64,000 nt of DNA from Paramecium tetraurelia (taxonomy: Eukaryota), in assembly GCA_000165425.1 (NCBI GenBank), contig CT867989.1:124001-188000 (forward strand), read 5' to 3'. How positions within the stretch are numbered: position 1 is the stretch's first letter; every line of letters starts with the position of its first letter. The notes under the pieces were generated by a model. It saw only the letters and a program-made list of their open reading frames with translations. It made no database searches and was not told the DNA's origin. Both the position numbers and the translations under genes were made by a program. Positions 11,414-25,108 of the stretch are shown in pieces.

Positions 11414-14400
11414 TCAAGGTTCTGGAGCCACTTATCCTAACTTCTTGATTGGCTTAAGTAAGACGGATTATTTTTTTTTTAATTTAAGACTATTTTTTAA
11501 GGTATTTAAACGACTATTCAATCGTTTCGAAGGATCCCTCTTAATTTTTTCTGTATTCTTTGAATTCCTCTTTTTGCTCATATATTTTGAAATAAAGAGA
11601 AATGGATAAAGCATGTACTTTTATAATTTATTAATGTATTGCGATTACCATACAAATGTATTTTTTTAAGCCAATTTGATAATCTCATTATAATTGAAAT
11701 TCTTAAAGAAATAATCGTAAGTTGTCATCATTTCAAATTCAGACACATTTTGTTGATGAAATGACCAATAGATTGGTTCTATTTAAAGATAAGCTTTTTA
11801 AATAGTTTAATCATTTTCATTCAATTCTAATTCTCTTTATAATTGGTGATATAAATTAATGACATTCTCCATCATATTTTCATTGAATTCAGAAGCACTG
11901 AGCTAATTTTTTACCTCATGATTTTCATTACTACTACTCCTACTATCATCACTAGAATTGCTTTCCTCATTTTCTTCATTTTCTTTAATAATGTCTACTT
12001 TAGGTATTATAAAATTCTTTGGACTTTTCCCTAAATTCGAAGGAATATTTAAATTAAAAACGGATTGCTTTCTGTTTTGCATTGCCTAATGAAGACTTTA
12101 TTTAGTATCCTACAACTTAGAGTTAGAAGATGTCTGGTTTGGAGGATCACTGATAAGTCTTTTTGATTTCTGAACCGCAGCTTGAAATCCACCCTCATAC
12201 TGAATCTTATTAGAGGGACTAGGATCTCCAGCCGAGCTAATAGAATCTTATTCATAAATCAATTAAACCTTTTATTATTATGAGATTAATTAGTGATTCT
12301 CAGATTAGAACACCTAAGCGAATTGTTAGATTAAATCTTTCTCTTATCTTGATCTACTGATGATTTGATCACTGTTGAATCGTTTTGTGAGATCTCTCTA
12401 ATAGTATTTCCTATCTTGAACTTGTGGTAGTAAATATTTCTTTAATATTGCCTCTCTGTCTGGAATATATTGTATTTGAGGACATTTTGTCATAGAGTGT
12501 TTGAAACATAAGCAAGCAGGACAAAATACACCATTTTCTAATTATGGAGGATTAAGACTTAAGGTCATAAGTTCTCGCATCTCACAAAACTTTTGGAAGT
12601 CTTCAGGATAATTTTTAATGGTTGTCATAAAATCCAATTTGGATAAGATCAACAAACTGACATAACCATTCGATTTAAAGTAATCTTTATTAGTACTTTG
12701 AATGATAAAGTCTTAAACACAAAAAAACTGACCTTATTTTATAGGAGCATTCATCTTGTATCTTTATTTTCTATCTAGATGTTGATAGAGTAGTACTCCT
12801 TGTTCTACATAACATAAATGTTGATAATCATCAAAGTCAATTGAGAAGGTGTTCTAAGGAAGAATGATTTTCCTTTTGATTGACTTGGATAAGGCATCCT
12901 TCAATTCATCACTGAAATGTTAAAGAAGTGCTGACTTTTATATAAAGATCTTATGAGCTTCTTTATCCAATTCTTCTTTCAATTCATCAGATAATTATTC
13001 AAGCAAAGTTTGTTCTATTTCCAAATCTACCTCATCATCTTCTTTCCATCTAAACGTTAAGTATTCTTTTACTCTATGATGTTATTATTTCAATTTCTTA
13101 CTTGTGTTTCAAATTGAATGGAATCTTTCTTTGGTCCATGTACTTGTTTATAACTCTCATCTTTCTGTTTCTTTCCACCTGATTTTAAGTGATATCATTG
13201 ATAATGCCTCCTATAAAATTTACACTATAAGAGAACCATAAACCTAAGAATCACATCATTATGATACATGCTCCCAATATAAAAACCATCGTTATTATCT
13301 TCTCTATTGAATTCTTGGGTACATTATCACCATAACCTATTGTAAGCATTGTCACAACAGCGAAATACAATGCTTCTAAATATTGCAATTCCCAAGATTT
13401 CAGATCCAATCCGTTAAATTTAATCCAGGAATCCTCAAGACTTAACTTACTAAACCAAAACCAAATGCAACTGAATAAATGAAGTATAAACAAGAGTGTA
13501 AGTATAAACTTAATCAAACCTATAATTCCTCTTAAGGGTCTTGTTAAATAGGATATCTAATCACTTTTTGCAAATGTTTCATGAATATACTTATACTATG
13601 CCAAAGTCAATAATAAAAATAAATTTAAATTGTTATCCATCTCTGGTATTATTATGAAGATTATTAATAGAAATGATGTCGAAAAATCTGTTAAGAATTC
13701 CTTTTTAAATTGATATACCAATAACTCCCATCTATTTTATATTGCTGCTCCATTTCTATAGGAAAGTGTATTTATTCTAATCAAGAAATCAATCTACAAT
13801 ACCAATAAAATCATTGCAGTAAGAACAATGAAGTCAGTAAATAAAATGCATGGTTAAAATGCTATTTCCAGAGGTATGAGGATGACTAAGAGAATTCTAA
13901 AAAATGAAGCAAAGAAGTCCCAGATCATTTTTAAACGAGACTCAGGTTGAATGATTGGAATTTTATTAACCATTACAGTAATAAAGTTCAGAAATGACTT
14001 CTTGATCTTTCTGATCTACTCTTTGATTTCCTCCTAAGTACTCAAATCTGTGATGACTGTTTCTTTTCTCAATAATGTTTTCATCTTACCCAAAGTAAAC
14101 CCTTGTCTTTTGCATTCACTTTGATGATTGAATAGGTTTTGCCTACCTATAGAATATAAAATACATGTCTGCTGCCTTATCTTCTATAAGATTGAAATGA
14201 ATCTCGTTCATGCTAAGTAGTTTTTTCCTGCTCTGAGAAATCTTCTCTATAAATCTCCTAATGTAAAAACTGCACATAAGACTTGTTCCAGCATTAGGTA
14301 TACTACCTCTTCTTTCGTGTTGGTTGAGATATTTAAGACCGAATATATCAGAGCTTTGTGCTTAGGTCAGAATAAAGTTTTCATCGTACGGAGTCTCTGA

Positions 14401-14580
14401 TATTTTATGCAGACATTCAGCTTCAATTGTTTTCTGACTTAAGGTTCTACTAATCTGCGGTATTGTTAGAGCTGGCTCTTTTCTGTATTCTCTCAAGCAA
14501 TGCTCGAGGTATTATTATTCGAAATCTTCATTTTGCATAGCTCTTAATTCAACATCTTAATCAAATTCGATGTTAAACAT
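11414..14580 (-). CDS. K+ channel with cyclic-nucleotide-binding-like domain (EAG/KCNH-like, ciliate-expanded family)
   Basis: Pore signature ALYFAVVTMLTIGYGDNVP, six TM segments, C-linker and CNBD-like region, downstream CPACLCFKHSMTKCP knuckle. Confidence 0.93.
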
Positions 14581-15127
14581 ATTTTAAATATATTATATTC
14601 ACCCAATATAATTAATAATTTAATGAATTTAGTCTTTGTTATAATCAAATCTTATGCAAGATTGTTAATAAATAATGATCTCTCCAGATATTCATTATCA
14701 TGAGAATAGATAAACTTATATACATAAAAAATATACACATAATATAATATAATTTTATCAAAAATAATAATAATTAAAAATAGATTTCTTATTTACAAGT
14801 TACAATTCCTTTTCATTCTAATAAACTAATCCTTAATCTTTGCTATTACTAGTTAAATTTAAATTTATTTAAATTAATTTATCAAAGAAGAATAAATTTA
14901 ATAATGCAATTGTAGATACTTTAGTTACATTTAATGATGTATTTAGTCCAGTTCTTCTTTTCAATATAATTATACTATAGTTATATGATAAGAATGGAAA
15001 ATATTGAGGGTTAATATTAGATTTCCATATTCTTCCATAATGGAACTCTAAATCTATAGCTTTAGCTGTGATGAAAATTTAATTGATTGTAATGATAATT
15101 AAAATATTATAAATAAAACTCTTATCA

Positions 15128-15158
15128 TAAAATTGAATTAACAAAATTGAATTAACAA
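15128..15158. repeat. Perfect 14-bp tandem duplication
   Basis: AAAATTGAATTAAC twice in intergenic DNA. Confidence 0.7.
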
Positions 15159-15288
15159 AGATGACATATCTGCACTTATTAGGAGACAACATTTTAATGA
15201 AATAAGAGACTCTCTTTGATCTTCTTAAATCAAAAGTGATGTCTTGAATTATATATTAATAATTAAGAAATTAATATATTAAAATATT

Positions 15289-17024
15289 ATGAAACTCTCA
15301 TTGTCAACTGAGTGGTTATTCTTTCATCTTTGGAAAAAGAACCCTGATACTAATTCTAGCTGTCCAGGGGTATTTGTGGCAGATACGATTATCTACAGAT
15401 GGGCACAACCTTACTTCTGGTACTTTACAGCTAAAGATGGTTAAATATTAAGAAAAACAAAAGAACGCATATTTGTGGAGCAGATTGAGGAAATATTCCA
15501 AAAAAGTGGCGACATTTCAGCTTTATATTTATAAAGCTAACAAAATAAAATAATATTTGAATACTTTGAGAAAAGTGAGTTTGTGCAATTTCTCCATTAA
15601 AGGGAGAAAGCCTTAAATGCATTACTTCAAAAGTTCGTTGAACCAAAATCTTCTAGAAACTCAATGATAAAGGTGTCCTGGAGTCCTCAATTTTGTTTAT
15701 TATCCAGGAAAACAAATAATAATGATCTTAAAAATAATAAAATTCCTATTGAAGATAGATTAGTTACATTCGAAGGTCCAGAACATTTATCCACTACTGA
15801 CTCTATAGCTTCACCAATATTATCATCCGATATCGAACAAATTTGTCTAAATATAGTCAAACATATTTAAGATGTATCTGGAGGCAATATTCAGATATCC
15901 AGAATGGTTCTATTTTTTAAAATAGATGAAAAAAATAGATTATGGCTACTCTTTAGTAGTGGAGTCAAAGTTAGATAAAAAGTATAGATACTAGTTAATA
16001 TAATAGTTTATCAATGAAGAAACCATATCAGATTTTCCTAAATAAAAGGAGAGAATCTAATCTCCAATTATGCTATTATAAACTTAATTGAAAATTGGAT
16101 AGACTTCAAAATTCTCAGTTGATACTCAAGGATTTGTAAAACAAACTGGTAGCAGTTGCAATAATTGCTCACTGCAAGGAGAAATGTATGAACTAACAGT
16201 CTAATAATACATAGCATCTTATGATTAGGGAATATTTGATGAAGAAACACTAATAATAAGATAAAAAGTATCAAAAAATCCAGTAAAGAAATCAGATAAT
16301 GAGGAAGATTATTATGTTGAAGGTTCATTAAATATTCCAGGTCTTCTGTTAAAAATATGGGGTAAGATGGATATAGAAAAGTATAAGCATTTAAGGAACA
16401 ATATGAGTTTCATGAATCTAAAATTATAACTATGCTTAGATTGCTACTTAAAATTTACCAGAATGTAATTCATTATTTCATAATTAGTCATGTTGAATCA
16501 AAAAGTGAAAGAGAAGCTAAATAAACAGTTGTATCCATACCTCCATTATGGTAGCCTTCCAAAACGAAAATCTAAAACAATTAAGAGACTTTAACATTGG
16601 TTTCATCCACAAAGTAAAATAAAATATATCAGACTCCTGCAAAATAAGTGCAATTACCTTCACATTCACAACAAAAATAGTAATCTTAGTAATAATCACA
16701 ATAATAATAATCATAATTGACTCAATAACAGTAACCTCAATCACCGATTGTGATTCCAAAATTGAGTCTGCCCTCAAAAGACATAAGTGAACGAGTGATA
16801 GCCACAACCCATCACACAGACAGACAAAGTAATTTCCCATCAAAAAGGGTTGCAAAGATATACAATAATCTATAAGGTGTTAGTCTGCCACATTCTTAAT
16901 CATCTTTAAACACAACAAGATCTACCATGTACATTTATTATTTTAATCTTTTTTTAGTACTCATTCATAACGCCTTGTCAGTATTTAATAATTGAAAGAA
17001 ATTTTGCAAACAGAATAACTTTGA
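15289..17024 (+). CDS. Hypothetical protein with degenerate ATP-grasp-like motifs and a split CxxC pair
   Basis: MKLSLSTEWLFFHLWKK...YFWYFTAKDG...LLQKFVEPK...VTFEGPEHL...FFKIDEKNRLWLLFSS, then CNNC and CLDC. The 3' end depends on inferred introns. Confidence 0.75.
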
Positions 17025-17078
17025 TTATCATTATGTTAATGATATTTTAAGTGTAAAACTTATTAATAAAATTAAACA

Positions 17079-18967
17079 TCATATCTCTGAAAATAAAATG
17101 TTAAATGTTTTCTTATCCCAGGTATTCTATTTTTATTCAAAATATTCTCCAGGTCCAGGAAGATTATTTTTCTTTTGTTTGTATTGGAATCTTTTTTCCT
17201 ATTAAATTAATTAAATCTATACTTACTTAACAATTGAAAGGTGGATGTTCTTTCTTCTTTTTTTGAAATAATTCAGAAGCATTATGTTTCAATTAGGTCT
17301 CCTCTTCTTCATTTTCCTCATCTATATCTTTTTTCGGTTTCTCCTAAAATCTTTGTAAGGAAGAACCAAAACCTGGCTTATTGATGATAAGATCCTTATC
17401 TTCTTCTTTTTCTATCTTAGTTGAATTTTCTATTGTATAATTCTTCACATCATATGATCCAGGAGCAGGTAAATTAGCTTTACCACCAATAATACTTCGT
17501 TTGGTTTAAGATTTGAAAACGCAAGCAGCACTCTTTGCAGGATCTTTAAAATTAGGTTCATAAGTTCCAGGTCCAGGTTATTCATTTTCAGGATTATCAA
17601 ATCTTGGTTGATTTGATCCAAACTTTCCAACAGGTGCTCGTTCTAATTTCTTGATTAATTTATCTTCTAGCTTCTATAGAATGCATTTATTACAGTAATT
17701 TTAGGATTATAACTCTGAGGTCCTGGCTTTTTCTCAATTGGTCTACTTTCAAATCTTGTATTGGAGGATAAAAATGGAGTATTTTTCATAGCCATATTAT
17801 TCTTTATCAGATTTGTTTCTATTCTATAATCACCCGGCCCCATCTAAATCTATCTTTACTATTCATTAAATCTCTTCTATTTTGAACCAAAGCCACTTTA
17901 AGTCTTTGCCATTGATTAGGAGAATGTAGAAGCAGTGGAAAATGTTGTTTAATTTCCTAAATAAAATCCTGGTCCTGGAGTAGCATTCTAAATTTAAGTA
18001 ATAGTTTTTACATCATAAAATTCAACATCTTCATTTTCAATGTCAGCAAACACAGGATTCTGCATTAGTTTTTTCTTCTAATTTTCAAATTAAGCTCTCA
18101 TAAATTCTCTTGTTTTTTGACCTTTTTATTGGTCGAACATTCTTTAAGATTTTGACAGAAAATTGCCTGAAGGGTTCAATTTATAAAGTGGAATAATAGA
18201 ATTTTCATGATCATATGCTCCAGGTCCAACAACTTACTCCTTAGGAGGAGGAGCTAATTTTGGAACCTTGGATTTATACCAAGAAGGCCCTTTATTCTTA
18301 TTGTTATTGAAAGTGTCTTTTAATTGATATTATCCTGGCCCTACAGTATCTGATTTAAGCCCTGTATAAGTGGGAACAGGACTTTTGTTGAGTTCTAGAT
18401 CATGAGCTACAACTCATATTTCATAGATTACGTCCTTTGTCGGTATAACCATACACTTAACTTGCAGCCGGGATTGAGGGTATGGATTAATATTTATTAA
18501 GTTTCATTAGATTCTCGATATAATTTTAGGATGTGTATTCTTATTATACAGTTTTCTTCTATGATGCGGTTTCATAAGCACCAGGACTGATATAAATGGA
18601 AATATTACCCTGGAGTTTCCATTACTTTTCGTTCCTAAAATCTTTTGGTCTGTGACATAAAAACTGATTGCTGCTTCTATTGTTCTACAATTTTCACTTC
18701 AGACTATGCAGATTATAAAACAACTCGTTAACTTAAAATTACTTATAATCATTACCCTTCTGTTACAAATTCAACGTTATAGCTGCCAGGACCAGGAGAA
18801 TTACTTTTTTTTAATGGTTTGCTTCTTGAAACTTGGGTATTGAATGGAGCAGCGTGAGGTCGAGGTTCATATTTTCTATGTTCAATATAACTTCCAGGAC
18901 CTATGTTGGATGGCAGAGATCCAGATGCATTATTGATATCTCTTTCAGCTTAAAATACAAATGCCAT
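17079..18967 (-). CDS. Sperm-tail PG-rich (STPG/SHIPPO-1) repeat protein, probably axonemal
   Basis: Many PGPGxY repeats (IGPGSY, PGPGSY, VGPGQY, VGPGAY, PGPGFY, PGPGTY, PAPGSY, PGPGEY) with intervening PF/AF motifs. Confidence 0.9.
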
Positions 18968-20339
18968 TTAGAATTTATTAATAATAAAGTAAACTATAAT
19001 TCATTATTTAATCCTCTTACTTTTTGATTTATTATCTTCTTGTAATTATTATGACTTCATATTCAATCAAATTGAAATTATCATATTGTTAATATATTCC
19101 CCTATGAGTTTTAATAGTAAAAATGAAATCAAAAATTATTTACTTCAAAAATCATAAAAAAAAGAATTATCTCTATTGAACTTTATTTTATTCAAAGTAT
19201 CTGCGTTATAATCAAATAGTTATTTTACTTCAATTTTTATAATCTTAATTTAAATTATAAATACATTTAATTCTAGTTATTGTAAAATGGTAAATGGTTA
19301 ATCTAATAGAAACGATCTAGTTCTTCCTAAAAATAAATACATTTGATATTATTGATTGAAATAATTAATATTAAATTATAGAATTCATGCAAATTTCTAT
19401 ATTCTATTTTATTTTTTTCAAGGGATTCTAATTTTAGGAAATTTTGGATTAAAGCTCATATTAAAATATCATAAAATCACTTCTCTATCTGATTCTTTAT
19501 CATAGGACATTTAATTTTGAACTTGGGAAATTCAGATGATTCGATTTTTTGTTTTGCCTTTTTCCAATACAAGCATATCTTAAAGTAAATAATATTTAAT
19601 TGAAATAGGAAATGAGATTCATTCTATAGTTTCTAAATTTGCAAATAAAACAAGAGTATGAAAAATAATAACAAAAAGTTAATTAAAATACTTTACATTT
19701 TAAAGAGCATCCAAATTATAGAGAGTGACGTAAAGATTTTAAGGTTCTGGGAATAATGCAGTAGTTCTAAATTCGCAAGCATTTAATCAGAGGGCTATGA
19801 GAATGAAGTGACAACTGTTTGAAAATTTAAATGAAAAATAAATTAAAAATATTAATAGGATTAGCAAATTATATTTCCATCGAAAACATGTGGTGTTGAA
19901 ATAGAAGTTAATAAATGGGTAAGGATTGTTAAATTTATATATATAATTTATTGTCATAATTAAAATTAAAATAAAACATTAAAAAGAAATGAAACTCAGT
20001 CAACTCTTAAGATGGTCAACAACAGACGGTAAACATCTTATAATGAGATTATTTTATTTCACATACATCCCAATTATTTTGATTTTAGGTATGCTATATA
20101 TATCATATAATTAGGTTATAAATCAATGAACATTTAGGCATTATTCCCTCAATTAGCATCTAAATAATGATAGGTTATTTGATATTTATGATCTATATGC
20201 AAATTAAATATGTCTACATCATCATTATTCAAATCATTTAAAACATCGTAAAATAATTATAATCTGAAAAATATTGTTAGTATAAATTCTTTTTTTTAGA
20301 TAATTAATACAATATTAATTTCAACAAATTTTAATCAAA

Positions 20340-21556
20340 ATGGGTGAAGAATATGGATTTGACAAAGACAGATTCTTAAATTACAACCAAGATATATTTG
20401 ATTGTCCAATATGTTCATGTGTTGCGCGGCTTCCAAAAGATTGTAGTTGTTGCGGCACAGTGTATTGTGGCCCTTGTGTGGACTCATGGCTAAAAAAATA
20501 ATCGTAATTTGTCATACTAATTTAAATAGTGAATGCATCAATAGATGTCCTAAGACCTCTTAAATATAAAATATTTAAAAATCACTCAAAAAAATATATG
20601 ATGATCTTGAAATTAAATGTACTTTATTAACCAGAATTTAGGCACTTATTGTCCGAAGGCATTCAAGATTGGAGACATTGATAAGCATGAGATTAGTTGT
20701 AAATTACCAAAATGCGTTAATCATGAAATCTGTGGGAATACAATTGCAACAGCAGGTGAGTTGGAAAATTTTAAAGTAAAAACTTTATTTAAAATAAGGT
20801 TTGTGATCACACATGTCTGGTTTTGAGTAAAGTCAAACAAATGAAGAATAAACACGATCTCTATTAATACCTGAAGTAATACTTAAATGACAAATAATCA
20901 ATTTAAAGTAAAATCATAATTTAACTTAGATCTTAATACCTCTATGGGTATCTCTAGTTCCTTGAATATCTAAGCCTCTATTAACTAAGACCAGGGAGGT
21001 TCAAATAGTCTCCTCTTTAAATGGGATAAATAGAGAATGGGAACTGGCATCACAATTTCTGATGGAGATACAAGAATATTTTTAAAAGAATAAGCCTACA
21101 TGTTCAGAACTGCAATCGCAACCTTTGGCTTTGAAAAGGGTATTGGCTATTGGGAAATCGAAGCAGATGACAGAACAGAAAATGAATTGAAGATTGGAGT
21201 GTCAACTTGCAGAGACTTCAATTACAATACTGCATTTTGTGACTTTGAATTTGGTTGGGCTTATTATGGATTAGCATAGGTATTCAATAACATTTATAAA
21301 TCTATAGTTACGTCATAACAGCAATGCTACTGGACCATCTTTTGGAAAGAGATTTAAGAAAGAGGGAGTATTAGGAGTTTGCTTAAATATGAATACTGGA
21401 ACCTTAAAATTTAGTTTAAATGGAGAACTCATGGGAACTGCCTACACTGATGAAAAATTGAAATAAGGCCCCATATATCCAGCTGTTTCATTACTTCACT
21501 GTGCGGGATGTAAATTAATATCTGGTAAGCCCCTTCCAGCCATATTCTAGAATTGA
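20340..21556 (+). CDS. RING-like/TRAF-type zinc finger plus SPRY domain protein (probable E3 ligase)
   Basis: CPICSC...DCSCCGTVYCGPCVDSW, CTYC...HEISC, and SPRY region GIGYWEIE...LKIGVS...GVCLNMNTGTLKFSLNG...IYPAVSL. Confidence 0.9.
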
Positions 21557-21830
21557 TTTATAAAAATTATGTTAAACTTTATGTTTTTTCGATTTGAATT
21601 AAAAGAGTTTATTAGCTAATTCAATCAAGCATTCCTATATTTTAGATAGATTAGTCTCTATAATTGAATAACCAAATATGAATTGTCCTTTAAATAAATT
21701 GATTTCATTATAAAATTTCCTAAACAATCAAATTTACTATTTCTATTTCTCACTCATTTTTGCTAATTAATTGAATTACTGTATCCTAAGTTAGTATTTG
21801 ATTTATATATAATTTAAATAAAAAGATCAA

Positions 21831-24196
21831 TCATTTACTTAACATCTCATCTGGTATATGCTAAGTATTTCTACAAAACATATCATTATTCGAATTTGCT
21901 CGAAGTCTCCTTAATCCATCAAAATCAAGCAGTTTTGATAATTTGAAAATAGCTTGTATTTCGTCTCCAAGCTTTTTGATTAATTTTTTATTGACATCAT
22001 GTTATGGGTTTGATTCTGAACTTTATTAAAGGATGGTATCATATGCCTAAAATTATAATCATAATACTCTATAGATTCTATTATAAATCCTCAAATCCTT
22101 ATCCAAATTTCCAGTTCGGTTGAATTGCTTATATATCGGTTTACGTTTTTAATAACTTTTTTTTTTCTTTTCATCACAAATCGTTTCATTCCTAATTATT
22201 ACTCGAATTTACATAGTATTTCTTGCTCTTTCTTCTAGAATGGTTCTGTTGAATGGCATTTCTTTATCTTCTTCCAAAGAGATTATGGGTTTAGATGTGA
22301 AGTTGAATAAAAGCTGCTATGAATTAGTTAGTAATATTTCTTTCATTTTATCTATTTCATTTAACTTGGTAATAATGTTTAATACATCTAATTGCTCATT
22401 TATTTTGTCACTTAAATTATATTACAATAGAATTACAGTGCAGAATTAAAAAACTAAACAGATTGAGAATTTTAAAAGACTTTTCGAAAGCAAATCTAAT
22501 TGAGAAATATTTATATGTTAAACCGTAATGTTTAAGATCTATTTAATATTAGATTGATCTATTTTTTAAAATAATCTAGTCCACTTACACACTTCAACTA
22601 TTATGCCAATAACCCATGGTCTTTTATCGCCTACTATGTAAATTGGTTACTCTTTTCATCATTGTCTTAAGAGTTTTAGTTGTTGCATTCATTATTCTCA
22701 GTGGTTGGTCTGTCAGTCAAAATAATATGCTATTCAGCTTATTGACCCTTGCCAAAAAGCCTAAATATTTTACTCTTATGCTTGATTTAAGTATTTGGAA
22801 TAATTTATTATTGTCCTTCTTTGTTAATATAATATTCATGTCGAAATTGTCTATCCTCATACACATTATTAATTAAATCAAGATTTAACTAGTGCTACCT
22901 ATTTTATTCGTCAGCATCAGTACTAAATTCATATATTTTATTTGACAACTCCACCATCACTAATTTTGTACCAAATCATTACTTGTTTATTTATTGTATG
23001 CTGCTATTATAAACCCCATTACTATAAGCGATATCTACAGTAATCCTCCCAATTTTGATAATAAATCAGTAACGCTCTAATTGTTTCTTTCAACTGATAT
23101 TATAATGGGACTCTTCCTAAAATAAAATGATGCAAATGATAAATCTGAGTCCCTTCCTAAATCAATCACTTCTTTCGTTTCGGTGTTGTCTATAGAAATA
23201 AAATTTAAGTTTTAATTATCCCTAAGAGTATTAATCAAATTTACTTAAATGGAAAGAAATCTAAATTGTTGCTAAACCTATATTCTCGGAAATAAATATT
23301 TGCATACTTATTTAATTTTTTAGGAACAAATGATAAATAACTTTAATCATCCAAAAATACTGAAATATAGCTTGATCCAATTTTGTTTGGATTGATTACC
23401 TAGATAATTGTGAGATATGTCATACTTTGTTAATCAAATACACTTGTACTTTAAATGCTCCTATTTAATTTAAATGATCTTATAATGAATCATCAGAAGC
23501 ACATGTGCTGTTTTCTAAAATTTAAGATGGATTGCAAGGAGAGACTTCAACTTTAAGAAAATTAAAATAGTTGGCTAATTTAAGAAAATTTATTTACATG
23601 CAAATGTACCACCAATATTCATGCTGATGTTATTTCTATAATATATTTCACTATAAAATACTTTGGACACAACAAATTCTCTAAATTCAAATGATTGAAA
23701 TCTTCTGAAAAGTTTTTGCCATATTTTTAAAATACAGTTTAGAATCTCTCCAGTGTGCATGGTTCAAGGGGAAGTTAAGTGACATTTTTTGAAAACGATC
23801 CATTTTCCAATCTTTCGTATTCTCTGATTTAGAATGATGAATAAAATTACCTTTGTTGCAGAGTGACTGAAAAGAAGGGGTTTTGTATAAAGTTCTATTA
23901 TTCTATACCAAGTGCTATAATGAAATCTTGATCATCAAGTTTAAGGTTCGAAAGATCATTATCATAGACTTAGGTTTACTTTGTTATAATGTTCTTCCCC
24001 GATATATAGTCCAGGAAATTGCTAGAGAAAAAGAGAAACACCAGAAAAATTGTAGTTATTGATGTAAATCCACCAAATGTTGATTGATAAGTTGATTATT
24101 GATTCATTCCTAAAGAAGGGGATTGAGCAAAAATATCGCATGCTTTCAGATCTAATCTATTATTGTAGTGAAATTACATGAGAATATTTTTTCCAT
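21831..24196 (-). CDS. Ciliate-family two-TM membrane protein with a large Cys-containing loop
   Basis: CDIFAQ...STFGGFTS followed by TM1, long loop, ERNNQSVTDLLSKLGGL followed by TM2, cytoplasmic tail, TGA at 21831-21833. Confidence 0.8.
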
Positions 24197-24699
24197 CCGA
24201 AATGTTTATTTTTTAATAATATTTTAATATGATCATAAAAATAAGATTAATTAATTTAATAGATTTGAAATTTGTGTTATCGGTTATCAGTTGTGTTCAT
24301 TGGCATCTAAAGCTTAATTCTTAAACTTAAATATTAAGCCTTAATGGATAGATTCACTATTATTGATTTTTAGTATTAATGATTGAAATGAAATATTTGA
24401 TTCATAAATTTAATTAGCTTCGATCTAAAATAATATCATAGCCTTCTCATAATTCCAAAATAACTCTTCAAATAGTATAATCTCAAACAACCTCATATGG
24501 TTCTACATTAATGAAGATTTCAGTAATCTTCATTAAGATAATAACTTTGGACTAGAAAAACCAATAAATATATATTTCTTCTTAACTATACATTCCATTG
24601 GTAAATTATCCATTTAAACGATAGTTATAATATTATTTTGTTAAAATCTAGAATAGAATAGCATATAAATATTGTTAGAAATTAATTATAGTCTTTAGA

Positions 24700-25065
24700 A
24701 TGGATGACTCTATTAATTGCCGTGCTCAATATGAAAAGAAGAAATGCTTTATTAATTCCCTTTCCTCTCATGATTCTAATTAAACAAAGACTAAAATTAT
24801 TTCAAAAAGAGCAATGTTAAGATGTTTTTAATATTAAATCTTGGCAGGGATCTTTAAAAATAGTCAAGTTATTCTTTTTAAGGAATCATTTATAATTTCA
24901 CTGCTTGATTTTCATCATTTACATTTAAGTTGGAGTATGATTTTTAAGATATTTAATTTTATAACTAAATAAATTAATCTAATAATTATCATCAATGCAG
25001 ATTAGGATGATAGTGAAATGAAATAGAGTTCTTAGGACTTTAATAATTTTAGTTCAGATATGTGA
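24700..25065 (+). CDS. Possible orphan ORF (121 aa) or decayed gene fragment
   Basis: ATG 24700 to TGA 25063-25065 is open under table 6. No recognisable motif. Confidence 0.3.
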
Positions 25066-25108
25066 ATTTGATTTAATAATTTATTTTAATTAATTGATTA
25101 ATTGACCA

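Noticed and set aside
17079..18967. Recurrent CCAGG(T/A)CC repeats suggesting an array
   Set aside because: They are codons of PGPG protein repeats with irregular spacing, not CRISPR or a DNA element.
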